Source of the DNA: a virus
Taxonomy: Duplodnaviria; Heunggongvirae; Uroviricota; Caudoviricetes
Length of the DNA: 64,000 nucleotides
IMG/VR virus record: IMGVR_UViG_3300031707_004017
Direction: 5' to 3' (one strand)
Below, one piece after another: positions 49,436 through 58,897 of the stretch. How positions within the stretch are numbered: the stretch's first letter is position 1; each line of letters begins with the position of its first letter. The notes beneath the pieces are model-generated. The model was not told the origin of the DNA and did not search any database. It saw only the letters and a program-made list of their open reading frames with translations. The position numbers were made by a program, and so were the translations under genes.

Positions 49436-50695
49436 TTAAGCTTCTACTTCTCTACGCATTTTTTTACGCACGCACGTTTCGAAGATTCTCGCGATATCTT
49501 CTGACATATTGGGATTCGACGCTCTCGAGTTGTAAAACACTGAATTGTTTAATGGATTCGATTGCACGCGTGAATCTTGGCTTGTAGTCGACACCAAATT
49601 CCTACGATGGATTTCGATGAAGCGCGCCCGGTATTGACTGCTTCGAGGAATTTTCAAAAATGGCCGCAATTCTTTACTGAAATAAATCGTGTTCGGTCTT
49701 AATCGGATATCCCGTGAAAGCTGTAATTGCCACGGTGTGTAATCGCCAAGGGGATAGATTCGAACTTCTGATACTGCAAACCGGCAGACTTTGAAAACTG
49801 TCTCCTGTTCGAATTCGTTCTCCCGATGAATTATCTTTAACTGGCAAATCTGTAATTGAATCCTCTCCGATCCCCGACGACTGCGACGGCTAGTTGCAGT
49901 CACATCCGATTGGATTAAATTGGGATTAGGATTAGTCCACAATTCTATACAATTAGGATTGTCCAATCGGTATGTTTTCGAAAATACGATTCGCTTGAAA
50001 TTCGCGATCTGAGTCGCATAATAGGATTGTTCCGGTCCTGATTCCGGTACGAGCATCGCATATTCGCGCTTCCTCGCGACTCGTTTCGCAGTAATGAGGT
50101 GATCGAACGCAGTCGGTTTTACTTGCCACATCTTAGCGATCTGGTATGCGATTGCCAGCACCGATTCTGCTAAGACGGGATCAGTGATCCACGACGGCGG
50201 CGTCCGATATTCGAAACCATGAGGTTGCATTCGCACATCGCCCGGTTTTCCATAAGATTGTCCGCTCCTTTTCGCACCGGGCACTTTTTTCAATCGTAAA
50301 CCTAGAAAATAATCGAGAGTCGTGATTAGTCGGCCTTGATGATTGTTACCAAAATTTGTTTGCCGACGGCGTCGACCATGATCATGGCTACTCCAAAAAG
50401 AATCCCAAGACATTCCAAAATGGATGTGCCCACCAGTAGCCTCGTGATATTGTTCACCGCCGCCGCATACAATCTTTATCTGGGGATGATGAGTTTTTAC
50501 ATGATGGAAAAGGTGCCTGAGGTTTTCGACCACTTGAGTAGGCGTTCCCGGCGCTGGCCGCATCTCACCGACACGGTTACCGTGATCCGACCCAACTTCA
50601 CCATACCGACTCTGATAACTGATATTACATAAAATACTTCGATTTTCTGGACCGACCACCATAAATTCAGGATCACATCCCAATGTCAATGGCAT
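49436..50695 (-). CDS. glutamine synthetase-fold amidoligase (GCS2/Amidoligase_2-like)
   Basis: N-terminal strand TLGCDPEFMVV (metal-binding acidic pair), GEMRPAP, and TGGHIHFGMS (GS-like HxH motif). Confidence 0.6.
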   Translation of the reverse strand: MPLTLGCDPEFMVVGPENRSILCNISYQSRYGEVGSDHGNRVGEMRPAPGTPTQVVENLRHLFHHVKTHHPQIKIVCGGGEQYHEATGGHIHFGMSWDSFWSSHDHGRRRRQTNFGNNHQGRLITTLDYFLGLRLKKVPGAKRSGQSYGKPGDVRMQPHGFEYRTPPSWITDPVLAESVLAIAYQIAKMWQVKPTAFDHLITAKRVARKREYAMLVPESGPEQSYYATQIANFKRIVFSKTYRLDNPNCIELWTNPNPNLIQSDVTATSRRSRRGSERIQLQICQLKIIHRENEFEQETVFKVCRFAVSEVRIYPLGDYTPWQLQLSRDIRLRPNTIYFSKELRPFLKIPRSSQYRARFIEIHRRNLVSTTSQDSRVQSNPLNNSVFYNSRASNPNMSEDIARIFETCVRKKMRREVEA

Positions 50696-50762
50696 ATATC
50701 CTCCATGAGCGGTATAAGTGCCTATACAATAATCATGTCACTGATGAAAAACGAACCTAAAA

Positions 50763-50924
50763 TTCAATTGCCTTGTATTTACCGTGACCGGGATACTGCC
50801 TTTTTGCTTCTTGAATTGCTTCGGATTTCGTTCCTACTACCCAATAACCGACTGTAAAATCTCCCTGGTCCTTATCTGAAATACGAACGTTATAAGCCTT
50901 TTCTGTCTTCTTACGGTTCATTTT
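50763..50924 (-). CDS. small protein (54 aa, MNRKKTEKAYNVRISDKDQGDF...), below ORF-track cutoff
   Basis: Perfect SD AAGGAGGATAAAAAAATG; immediately downstream of conserved element copy 3. Confidence 0.45.
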
Positions 50925-50973
50925 TTTATCCTCCTTCTTACCTTCTTATTACTATAATCACTATTGTAGAGCA

Positions 50974-51090
50974 ATGTGCGCCCAAAATGTGGTCATCTAA
51001 GTAGTTGATTTCTATAGACTTATAGAGACCTATGATCGATTGTACCAACGTATCAGATTAATTCAGATAATGAATTTAGCCTAAGTTAAT
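50974..51090. promoter_or_regulatory. conserved upstream element copy 3 (GTGCGCCCAAAATGTGGTC...AAGTAGTTGATTTCTATAGACTTATA...TCAGATTAAT)
   Basis: See copies 1 and 2; inverted partial copy CATATTTTGAGCTCGCAC at ~51172. Confidence 0.6.
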
Positions 51091-51299
51091 GGTAATATAC
51101 CTTCTTAAAATTTACCTCTATCGCTATTTCAAAATTGACGTAGATAAAAGCGATGTCTCATTAATTGACTGCCATATTTTGAGCTCGCACGCACATTCTA
51201 CTTGATTATTATACTAACATGAAAATCTTTCTTAATGCATAGAACAATGGACCAAGATTCAAAGATAATGTGATTATAATCTTAACTTAGAGGTATCTA

Positions 51300-51497
51300 A
51301 TGCCTAAGCTGGTTGACAAAACTGTAAAATTAGAGTTAGTCGGGCTAGATGGAAACGCTTTCTCTCTTATGGGGGCATTTCAGAAAGAAGCTCACAAACA
51401 AGGATGGACAAAAACAGAAATTGATGTCGTCCTTGATGAATGCATGAAAAATGACTATGATCATTTGCTCTGTATCTTGAGTGATCATTGTGAATAA
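51300..51497 (+). CDS. hypothetical protein (65 aa)
   Basis: ORF track. Confidence 0.4.
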   Translation: MPKLVDKTVKLELVGLDGNAFSLMGAFQKEAHKQGWTKTEIDVVLDECMKNDYDHLLCILSDHCE

Positions 51498-51520
51498 CAA
51501 CTTCAACAAAGGGGCCTTTT

Positions 51521-52126
51521 ATGGCAAAAAAAGCAGCAACTGTCGTCGTTGATCTCGACATCAAACTGGCTTCTGGAAAATCCAAAGCAGCGAAACCCGA
51601 CCAACTTTTGATCGATGACACGAAACACCAAGCAATTGTCGACAAATGCATCGAGCTTGATCACGCAATCGAAAATCTCAAAGCTGAGCTCGGGACCCAC
51701 GAAAGCCAAATCATCCACATCGCAGCTTGCGGTCGTGAAAATGAATTCAACGCCGGTAATTTCGTTAAAACCGTCAATGTCGCTGGTTCCACCCATAAGC
51801 TTCAGATCCAGTTCAAAGATTCTTATTCGAAAATGGAATCTTCCATGGAAGAGCCGCTCAAGACCGTTTTTGGTTCCAATTATCCGGTCATGTTCCGGCA
51901 CAACGTCATCGATTCTCTCCGGGACGAAAAGAAAGCCGATCTCAAATCGATACTCGGCACTCGCTGGGCAGAATTCTTCGCGACTGAAGAGAATATCCAG
52001 CCGTCGAAAGATTTCCAGCAGACGTATTTCATGCTGCGGAAGAATTTGAAGCAGCAGCAGACAGATTCGATCCAGAAGATTTTGGACGCTTGTCAGGCAA
52101 AACCGTCAGTCAAGTATCCTAAATAA
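51521..52126 (+). CDS. hypothetical protein (201 aa)
   Basis: SD AAAGGGG; no family recognised. Confidence 0.6.
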   Translation: MAKKAATVVVDLDIKLASGKSKAAKPDQLLIDDTKHQAIVDKCIELDHAIENLKAELGTHESQIIHIAACGRENEFNAGNFVKTVNVAGSTHKLQIQFKDSYSKMESSMEEPLKTVFGSNYPVMFRHNVIDSLRDEKKADLKSILGTRWAEFFATEENIQPSKDFQQTYFMLRKNLKQQQTDSIQKILDACQAKPSVKYPK

Positions 52127-52185
52127 ATGCACCTGGCTTTCGGTTGAGAGCACAAACAGTTTATAAACGTAAACTAGGAGGCAAT

Positions 52186-52566
52186 ATGCCGAAGACTCTC
52201 GTGAAAAAAGATGACATCAAGAATGACCCAAAACTGGCAATTATCAAAGCTTTTCGACTGGCAAACAAACGAGCTGGTGAAGCTAAACAGGCGGGCGAAG
52301 AAGCACTGCCACAATATGAGCTCGCATGCGGCAAGCTCAAAGAGCTGGCTGAGCTGGCAGAAGCGAACGGCTTTCATATTTGGGTCAACACGGACGGTCG
52401 TACCGGCCACACCTATGAAAAAGATTACAAACCGACCGACGAGACCCTGAACGATTGGGAAGAGCACCAGCGAGAACTAGCATCGATGGAATCAACAATG
52501 CACGACATCTTATCAGATGCTCTGGCTCATCATGTGCTGACTACGCCACCAAACAGGAACAATTAA
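52186..52566 (+). CDS. hypothetical protein (start MPKTLVKK, SD AGGAGG)
   Basis: Internal Met with strong SD inside ORF 52144..52566. Confidence 0.55.
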   Translation: MPKTLVKKDDIKNDPKLAIIKAFRLANKRAGEAKQAGEEALPQYELACGKLKELAELAEANGFHIWVNTDGRTGHTYEKDYKPTDETLNDWEEHQRELASMESTMHDILSDALAHHVLTTPPNRNN

Positions 52567-52581
52567 AAATGCCGTCGAAAA

Positions 52582-52821
52582 GTGGTACAAATGACAGCTA
52601 AAGATTTACAATTAATACTTAGTCTTGTAAACGCAAATGGTGGTTCGACTTTTAAACGAGCATGGAAAAATATTTGCATTTACATCAAAAAAGTTCAAAA
52701 ACCTTCACGTTACAAACCAATTATACCATTATCATGTGTTGGATGTGTTGGTGGCGGGTCTCGTTGCTATACATGTGTTCGTAATGTAAAAGAAGATAGA
52801 TATTATAAACATGACGACTAA
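52582..52821 (+). CDS. small Cys-rich protein (79 aa)
   Basis: CVGCVGGGSRCYTCVRN. Confidence 0.4.
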   Translation: MVQMTAKDLQLILSLVNANGGSTFKRAWKNICIYIKKVQKPSRYKPIIPLSCVGCVGGGSRCYTCVRNVKEDRYYKHDD

Positions 52822-53428
52822 CCAGATACAATACTTTTATCCACCCAAACCGACTCGAATCTGGCCCGATTCACCGCTCGTCGTGAGCTTTGCCGACTCT
52901 TTAGACTGGATTGCTGAAATCAAACTCAACGGCTGGCGCATCTTGCTTTTCATACTCGCCGATTCGATTCAAATCTACAACAGCAATGGCTCCGTCATCG
53001 ACATCGACCACGAAATTTTTCGGCCACATTTTGAGCGCTTTCCTGCCAACACAGTCTTCGACGGCGAGCTCCTCGATAAACGGACGAAGACACTCAAAAA
53101 TGTCATGGTATTCTGGGACACGTGCTTTTATAACGGCCTCGATGTCCGTCGAAAACCACTCAAAGAACGCAAGCAGTATTTAAAGTTCCCTATTGCACCT
53201 TTAACATTTGTCCAAAAACCAACAGCCCAAATCTTTAAAAGTCAACAATTCAACGACGATTTCCTCAACCTATATAACCAAACTATCACTCGTAACGATC
53301 CCCTCGAAGAAGGCATCGTCATCAAAAATCTATCGTCAACTTACAAACACAATCCAAAACGAAGTATTGACATTCTAGACTGGTTCAAAATCAAAAAAAT
53401 CGACGACCATGCGCTTGTTAACCGGTAA
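52811..53428 (+). CDS. minimal ligase/nucleotidyltransferase-like protein with atypical motif I (KLNGWR), paralog of 42892..44025 C-terminal domain
   Basis: I EIKLNGWR (N in place of D), III VFDGELL, IIIa VMVFWDTCFY, IV EGIVIKN, V DWFKIKK; FWDTCFYNGLDVRRK aligns with FWAWDVLEYAGQDLRSE. Confidence 0.6.
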   Translation: MTTNQIQYFYPPKPTRIWPDSPLVVSFADSLDWIAEIKLNGWRILLFILADSIQIYNSNGSVIDIDHEIFRPHFERFPANTVFDGELLDKRTKTLKNVMVFWDTCFYNGLDVRRKPLKERKQYLKFPIAPLTFVQKPTAQIFKSQQFNDDFLNLYNQTITRNDPLEEGIVIKNLSSTYKHNPKRSIDILDWFKIKKIDDHALVNR

Positions 53429-53538
53429 AACTTCGATTATCAAAGAAAAATGGTAAATCTATGACTGCGAACATGATTATAATATAAATAAACGAAGGGA
53501 GGATTGCGGAAAAAGATATCATTAACGAGGAAACTATT

Positions 53539-53985
53539 ATGAACAAACACATAACAACAGATGTTTTAAATAAAATTAGCGAATTAGAAGCTAAAATAGA
53601 TGAGCTCGAATCTGCCAACGATAATATATCGCAACAGACTGCCATCTTATCTGAACTGCTCAAGATCATGATAGAGATTCCAAACGGCAAACAGATTTAT
53701 AACCGAGCCATTAACCGGTGCAAACTAAATTATCTCAAAAACAGTGTCTTACCCAGGAGAGAACAACAACTCTTAGAATTCGAACGAGAACAAATGCCCA
53801 ATCCACTTCGAAAATTCTTCGTAAAAAAAGAAGTCAAACTATTACGATCTGTAGCACGTGCAATTAAACATAGAGAATACTTTGAACACCGGGCCAAAGG
53901 CAAGATCAATACTCTACTAAATAACATTTTTTCAATGACTCTACGCCATTCAACACGATTAAAAGCTATAACAAACCAATCTTAA
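53539..53985 (+). CDS. hypothetical coiled-coil protein (148 aa)
   Basis: SD GAGGAAACTATTATG. Confidence 0.55.
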   Translation: MNKHITTDVLNKISELEAKIDELESANDNISQQTAILSELLKIMIEIPNGKQIYNRAINRCKLNYLKNSVLPRREQQLLEFEREQMPNPLRKFFVKKEVKLLRSVARAIKHREYFEHRAKGKINTLLNNIFSMTLRHSTRLKAITNQS

Positions 53986-54002
53986 TAGGAGGTTATAATC
54001 TA

Positions 54003-54758
54003 ATGCCTGAACTCAATGATGTCATCACCAAACCGACTGACGACACTCCAAAAGTCGTCGATGCAACTGTCGTAGAACCAAATGAGGCTCCAGAGTCGAC
54101 ACTCGCACCGGCAGAAACAGCATCGACTTCGCCAGCAGAAACACCTCTTCCCAAGAAAGAGAAGAAAGCGAAGAAATCCAAAGAGAAAGTCGAAAAATCC
54201 GAAGCCAATGTCGAGCAAAAACTTCGCCGGCCACCTTTGGAACAAGTTGTAACCGATTTCGAAAATTACTTGACGACACTCTCTATCGAAAACAACAAGA
54301 TCATCAAACTCGGCTACAAATGCGGCAAAATCATCTTCGGCCTTGCCAATCCCGAAGGCAAAGACTTCCGCGTCGTAGCTTACAAGGCGCGTAAGAAATC
54401 CAAATCAGTAGCCGGAAAATCTCGATGTATCTTCTACTTCGGCCTCTCCAAGGAAACCAGCAAAACTATCAAAGACCTCAAAGGCGTCAAAGTATCGAAA
54501 TTCGGAAAATGCTCAGTCCAATCCGACAAGCCCTTGGAGCTCATCCTGGACAAAGTCACCTTCACAGAAATCTTTAACCAGGACGTCGACAAAGTCTTAG
54601 CAACTCTCAAACAACTCGCCGATACAGCCATCGAACACAAAACGGAACAATACGCAGAAAAACAGGCCAAACTCAAAGAGAAAGAAGTGGCCAAGTCAAA
54701 AGAAAACAAAGAAAGTAAGGAGGACAAAAACAAAAAAGCTAAAAAGACTAAAGAGTAA
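54003..54758 (+). CDS. Lys-rich protein (251 aa) with KKEKKAKKSKEK / KEDKNKKAKKTKE tails
   Basis: SD AGGAGG; charged low-complexity termini. Confidence 0.6.
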   Translation: MPELNDVITKPTDDTPKVVDATVVEPNEAPESTLAPAETASTSPAETPLPKKEKKAKKSKEKVEKSEANVEQKLRRPPLEQVVTDFENYLTTLSIENNKIIKLGYKCGKIIFGLANPEGKDFRVVAYKARKKSKSVAGKSRCIFYFGLSKETSKTIKDLKGVKVSKFGKCSVQSDKPLELILDKVTFTEIFNQDVDKVLATLKQLADTAIEHKTEQYAEKQAKLKEKEVAKSKENKESKEDKNKKAKKTKE

Positions 54759-54906
54759 AAAGACTTAAGAGCGATGAATTAAAAAGACTTAAGAGTAGGA
54801 CGCCTTCGAGGCCTTGTAATTATACCTCATTTAAAACGGCGTTAAGGGATTTAGGGAAAACCTATCCGATTTAAAAATTTAGATTACATAATCTAAAAAG
54901 TTAATC

Positions 54907-54945
54907 GAAAAGCCGTAGTAACTGATCATTACTTAACGGCTTTTC
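54907..54945. terminator. imperfect hairpin terminator between convergent genes
   Basis: gAAAAGCCGtagtaactgatcattacttaaCGGCTTTTc. Confidence 0.35.
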
Positions 54946-54947
54946 TC

Positions 54948-55199
54948 TTATTCAGTCGGCTTTGTTATTGACTCTGAAACATGTTGCCCCACTTTCGCTC
55001 CCAACACTATCAACAACACCATCACGCTATTTGACGGGAAATCTACATAACCTGCATTATGCAACATACTAATCACATTCTGAGCTACATATATCCCTAA
55101 TATTACAACAACTGTAGTAATTGTTGCTACTCTGATTGTTGATATCCCGCCATCTTTTCCCTCGACCATTTCTTTCAATGCGTTTATCATATTTACCAC
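54948..55199 (-). CDS. small two-TM membrane protein (holin-like, speculative)
   Basis: Hydrophobic stretches VATITTVVVILGIYVAQNVI and SVMVLLIVLGAKVG; SD AAGGAGGTGG. Confidence 0.5.
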   Translation of the reverse strand: MVNMINALKEMVEGKDGGISTIRVATITTVVVILGIYVAQNVISMLHNAGYVDFPSNSVMVLLIVLGAKVGQHVSESITKPTE

Positions 55200-55229
55200 C
55201 TCCTTTAATTTAACCGTTTAATAAATGCA

Positions 55230-55330
55230 GTATTCAAAATGTGGCTGTCTTCATTCTATCAACCAAAATACATGCTTACGCGCGCGGCCGTTAAATCTCT
55301 TGTAATTAGACTCTATAGACTCTTTAAATG
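55230..55330. promoter_or_regulatory. partial fourth copy of upstream element (CAAAATGTGGCTG ... TAGACTCTATAGACTC)
   Basis: Motif blocks shared with copies 1-3; upstream of 54948..55199. Confidence 0.45.
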
Positions 55331-55601
55331 GCTTCGCTATTTCTCTATGTTTTCTATTCTTAACAAGCAATAGAGAACGCGCGCTCGCACGCGTTAAACT
55401 CATAAGTCATCTATTCTAAACGAAATTCATTCTTAAATCTTCTCAATATAAAATCCTTCTATTTACCTTTTACTTTATCTTCCTTAAACTCTCGACACCC
55501 TTCCTATATTCTCTTAACTTTTACCAACTTTTTATATACTAAATTATCAATGTCTACGTGTTTCAATATGATTATTATTAATGAGTGGTAAAGGAGTTTT
55601 T

Positions 55602-56522
55602 ATGACTACGATATTGACATTGCCTGAACATGAACAAAATACAGTCCTCTACTATTTGTGTAAGATCGATAAGGATGTTACATGCAACGAAAAATATTAT
55701 GACTGGTTCTTAAACCGCACGTCTCCCACTGAAGTTCCCTGGGATCACAATTATCGTGGTGAGATTTCGGCCACTGACCATGAATTTTTCAACAACCACA
55801 AATCAGTCATCCAGAGCTTGCATAGCACGCTCTCATTCGTGAACAATAACAATCCGGTCTATTACCTCTTACAGAAAATCAATCCCACACCAAAAGAACT
55901 AAAAGACCTCTCACTCTTAGCTTGCTCGACTAATCGCATACTCAATGCTATCTTAGACTATGTGCATGACCACTATTACCAACATTACTATTTTGGTCTC
56001 TTTCCCGTCCAACTCAAAACGATCGAATACTTTAAAAAAACGTTCAACATCACACTAACAAAATCGTTCAAAGACATCATCTTCTTCTCTAACTTTTTAA
56101 CACACAATGCCCGACAACAATCGACCCAAAAAAATCGTCGAATCTCTAGATTCGATATTTACAATTTCATACTCATAGAAATAGAAGAAAGCAGCGACGA
56201 CGTTCTACCAGACGTCTATAAATTAAATATTGAAATAGACGCTCTCATCAAAAATCCACTACACCAAGTACAATACTCGACAGCTGCTCAACTCTACTAC
56301 CTCAAACAAATAGCTACTAAACTCAACTTCTTCGATGCTATCCAAATTATTCCTCCAAACGACATACAAGAATACGAAAGAGATACGGTCATTGAAAATA
56401 TTATCGATAACTTACCGACTGATTTACCTGTCTTACCACCACCAACTATCCGTTACCTCCACCAATTAGCTATCAAATTTGGCCTCTACGACGGTGCTGA
56501 CTTTATCAAAACTCACATCTGA
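55602..56522 (+). CDS. hypothetical protein (start MTTILTL, SD AAAGGAG)
   Basis: Internal Met with SD inside ORF 55581..56522. Confidence 0.55.
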   Translation: MTTILTLPEHEQNTVLYYLCKIDKDVTCNEKYYDWFLNRTSPTEVPWDHNYRGEISATDHEFFNNHKSVIQSLHSTLSFVNNNNPVYYLLQKINPTPKELKDLSLLACSTNRILNAILDYVHDHYYQHYYFGLFPVQLKTIEYFKKTFNITLTKSFKDIIFFSNFLTHNARQQSTQKNRRISRFDIYNFILIEIEESSDDVLPDVYKLNIEIDALIKNPLHQVQYSTAAQLYYLKQIATKLNFFDAIQIIPPNDIQEYERDTVIENIIDNLPTDLPVLPPPTIRYLHQLAIKFGLYDGADFIKTHI

Positions 56523-57803
56523 AAAGAAAAAACATGCTATTCGACATCAATAGAGCACGAATTACCAGCCATTGCGTCGGCAATGTAGCTTCACCCGGTT
56601 GCGTAGACGTTGCACGCAATAAGCCGATTGAAAGGATTTTATATGTCGCTTGCCAATGAGTTCAATGAGTGGTATCGTAAAAGTGTTTTTACTACATCTA
56701 AGGGCGGGAATACTCGGTTTAATAAGTTGGTCAAGCGACTGGAATCTTTGGAGTCGCGGCCTACAGTTCGCCCGCAGCGGGCCGCACAGGCAAAGGGTAA
56801 AATTACATTGCCTGCTTGTTAAGCCGAAACGGGCAATGATGCTATGTATCGAATGAATAGTTCCGATTACCATACTTTAGTGTATGTTAAATGGCTCGAA
56901 ACTAAAGTAGAAAAATTTACTAACAGCGCCATGCCAAAATGCTCGTGTGGCAAAGAGGGCTATGCTGCGCTTTGTAAGTCCTGTTATGGTGATTGGCTTC
57001 AGTGTAGTGCATAGCAGCACTTCGGCATTGCTCAACCGTGGATTTATTCACGGAGGTTGTAAATCGCCATTAATTTTTGTGAGATACTCACATCTGAAAA
57101 AACAATACTAATTCGACATCAATGGAACAAACTACGATTTTAGGAGCTTAAAATGAAGCCATATCTTATTCAGCGCGGTACTTTTAGAACGATTCCAGAT
57201 CAGGAAATTGCTGGTCTGGATTCCCATTTATATCCAGGTGCTGCCGTGTACCAAAAGAGATTACCTAATGAGGATCCTGCGAGAGCAGATTGACCTTAAT
57301 ACTCGACAATAAACCTCTCTCAATTTCACATTTTTACCTCTCTACTCTCTTATAACATTCTCACAAAGTAAACTAAACTCCTTCTCTCTCAACGCTTTAC
57401 ATTTTTACCTCTCTACTCAATCTATCGGTCATCGCAGTTCTATCACTCACTCAAACACCTATTACTACTCGTAAACACCGACTATCTTTTGTACTCATCT
57501 TATCGTGACTTCTAAAACACGAAAACATTATCGGCCACACTAGCGCGAGATAGCCTCTAAATTTATATTACCCTCTGCTCGAGTTTTACTCGTGCTAATG
57601 GTAATCTTACCCAAGCCACCTCTAATTACACATTTGTAAACTGCTCGCAGAATCTAACCTTAAAAACAATATTGCCCTCTCACAACTATCTCAAAATGTG
57701 GCTGTATCTAACACTCACTCAAATCTCATAATCACGCTTAACATCTTAACGGCCCTCACTTGTCTCTAATAAATTATCACAAGTAAACCACTCGTATCAA
57801 GTT

Positions 57804-57870
57804 CCTTTACGCGCGCGATATAATGGGGACATGAACAATTTCGTTCGTCAAGATCCTTTACGCGCGCGAT
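57804..57870. repeat. right boundary inverted repeat (two direct copies of CCTTTACGCGCGCGAT plus GAACAATTTCGTTCGTCAAGATCC)
   Basis: Reverse complement matches 39970..40020. Confidence 0.75.
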
Positions 57871-58013
57871 TTTAAAAGCCGTCAAGTTTTTACAAGCAGA
57901 CGAGTGAAAGTTACCAAGAAGCACCAGCCGCGGGTCGTGAGCGCGTGTGCCTCGGGCCGTGAGAAATTTGTCGAGGGCCTACATCTCGAATACCTACCAC
58001 ATTGCTGATTAAT

Positions 58014-58040
58014 TTCGGCAGTAGCGCGGACGTTGGCCAG
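58014..58040. repeat. left flanking direct repeat of the 11-bp array (ttcggcagtagcgcggacgttggccag)
   Basis: Matches 58478..58505 (ttcggcagtaacgcagacattgggccgg). Confidence 0.6.
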
Positions 58041-58370
58041 ATATTGGCCAGATATTGGCCAGATATTGGCCAGATATTGGCCAGATATTAGCCAGATATT
58101 GGCCAGATATTGGCCAGATATTAGCCAGATATTAGCCAGATATTAGCCAGATATTAGCCAGATATTGGCCAGATATTGGCCAGATATTAGCCAGATATTA
58201 GCCAGATATTAGCCAGATATTGGCCAGATATTAGCCAGATATTAGCCAGATATTAGCCAGATATTAGCCAGATATTGGCCAGATATTAGCCGGATATTGG
58301 CCAGACATTAGCCAGATATTAGCCAGATATTGGCTGGACGTTAGCTGGATATTGGCCGGATATTGGGCGG
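58037..58370. repeat. 11-bp tandem repeat array CCAGATATT(G/A)G, ~24 exact-length copies plus ~6 degenerate
   Basis: Read directly: ccagatattgg ccagatattgg ... ccagatattag ...; unit length equals one helical turn; no spacers. Confidence 0.9.
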
Positions 58371-58477
58371 CCTTTACTTCATCATGCCACCTTAAGGAGC
58401 TGCTCGGTTACCTTGTACTGTTTCTGTATCCAGAAGGCTTTGAGCCGAGATTTGGCAATAATGCGCATGCCGATCAA

Positions 58478-58505
58478 CTTCGGCAGTAACGCAGACATTG
58501 GGCCG
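58478..58505. repeat. right flanking direct repeat of the array
   Basis: See 58014..58040; followed by degenerate units gagcggacgttagcc. Confidence 0.6.
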
Positions 58506-58897
58506 GACATTGAGCGGACGTTAGCCAAAACTCCATGGAAGTCTTTTTTGGTCATTTACATCGTTCATGTCGTTAGTGTGTAGTTTAAATTGGTTATAAA
58601 TTTGATCTTTGATGAGTTATAATGAGTTATGATCAAAATGATGTTTATATGAGTTAGTGAGTTTAGTATAGGGTTTGTTAAGTGAGTAGTGTAGTTTGGG
58701 AGAGTGGTAGGTGGGAGTGTGTGATAGAGAGATTATAGTGATATTTATACTAGTATTTGTTTGTTAAGAATGAATTTTTTAAAGATCTTTTTTGGTAATG
58801 CTATGTTTGAATTTTAGTAGTGAGATTAAAGAGTAGGAAAAAAATAGCTACTTTGTTAGAGAGTAGCTATTTTGTTATTGTGTTTTGAGTGATATTA

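Larger units (their letters stand above)
38550..57900. other. compositionally distinct GC-rich mosaic segment bracketed by inverted repeats
   Basis: Sampled 60-nt lines ~47% GC here vs ~28% in upstream region; inverted copies of ATCGCGCGCGTAAAGGAT.TTGACGAACGAAATTG at ~39981 and ~57834-57870; own recurring promoter-like motif. Confidence 0.5.

Noticed and set aside
58037-58370. Possible CRISPR array
   Set aside because: Units are 11 bp, directly abutting with no unique spacers. It is a simple tandem satellite, not repeat-spacer architecture.
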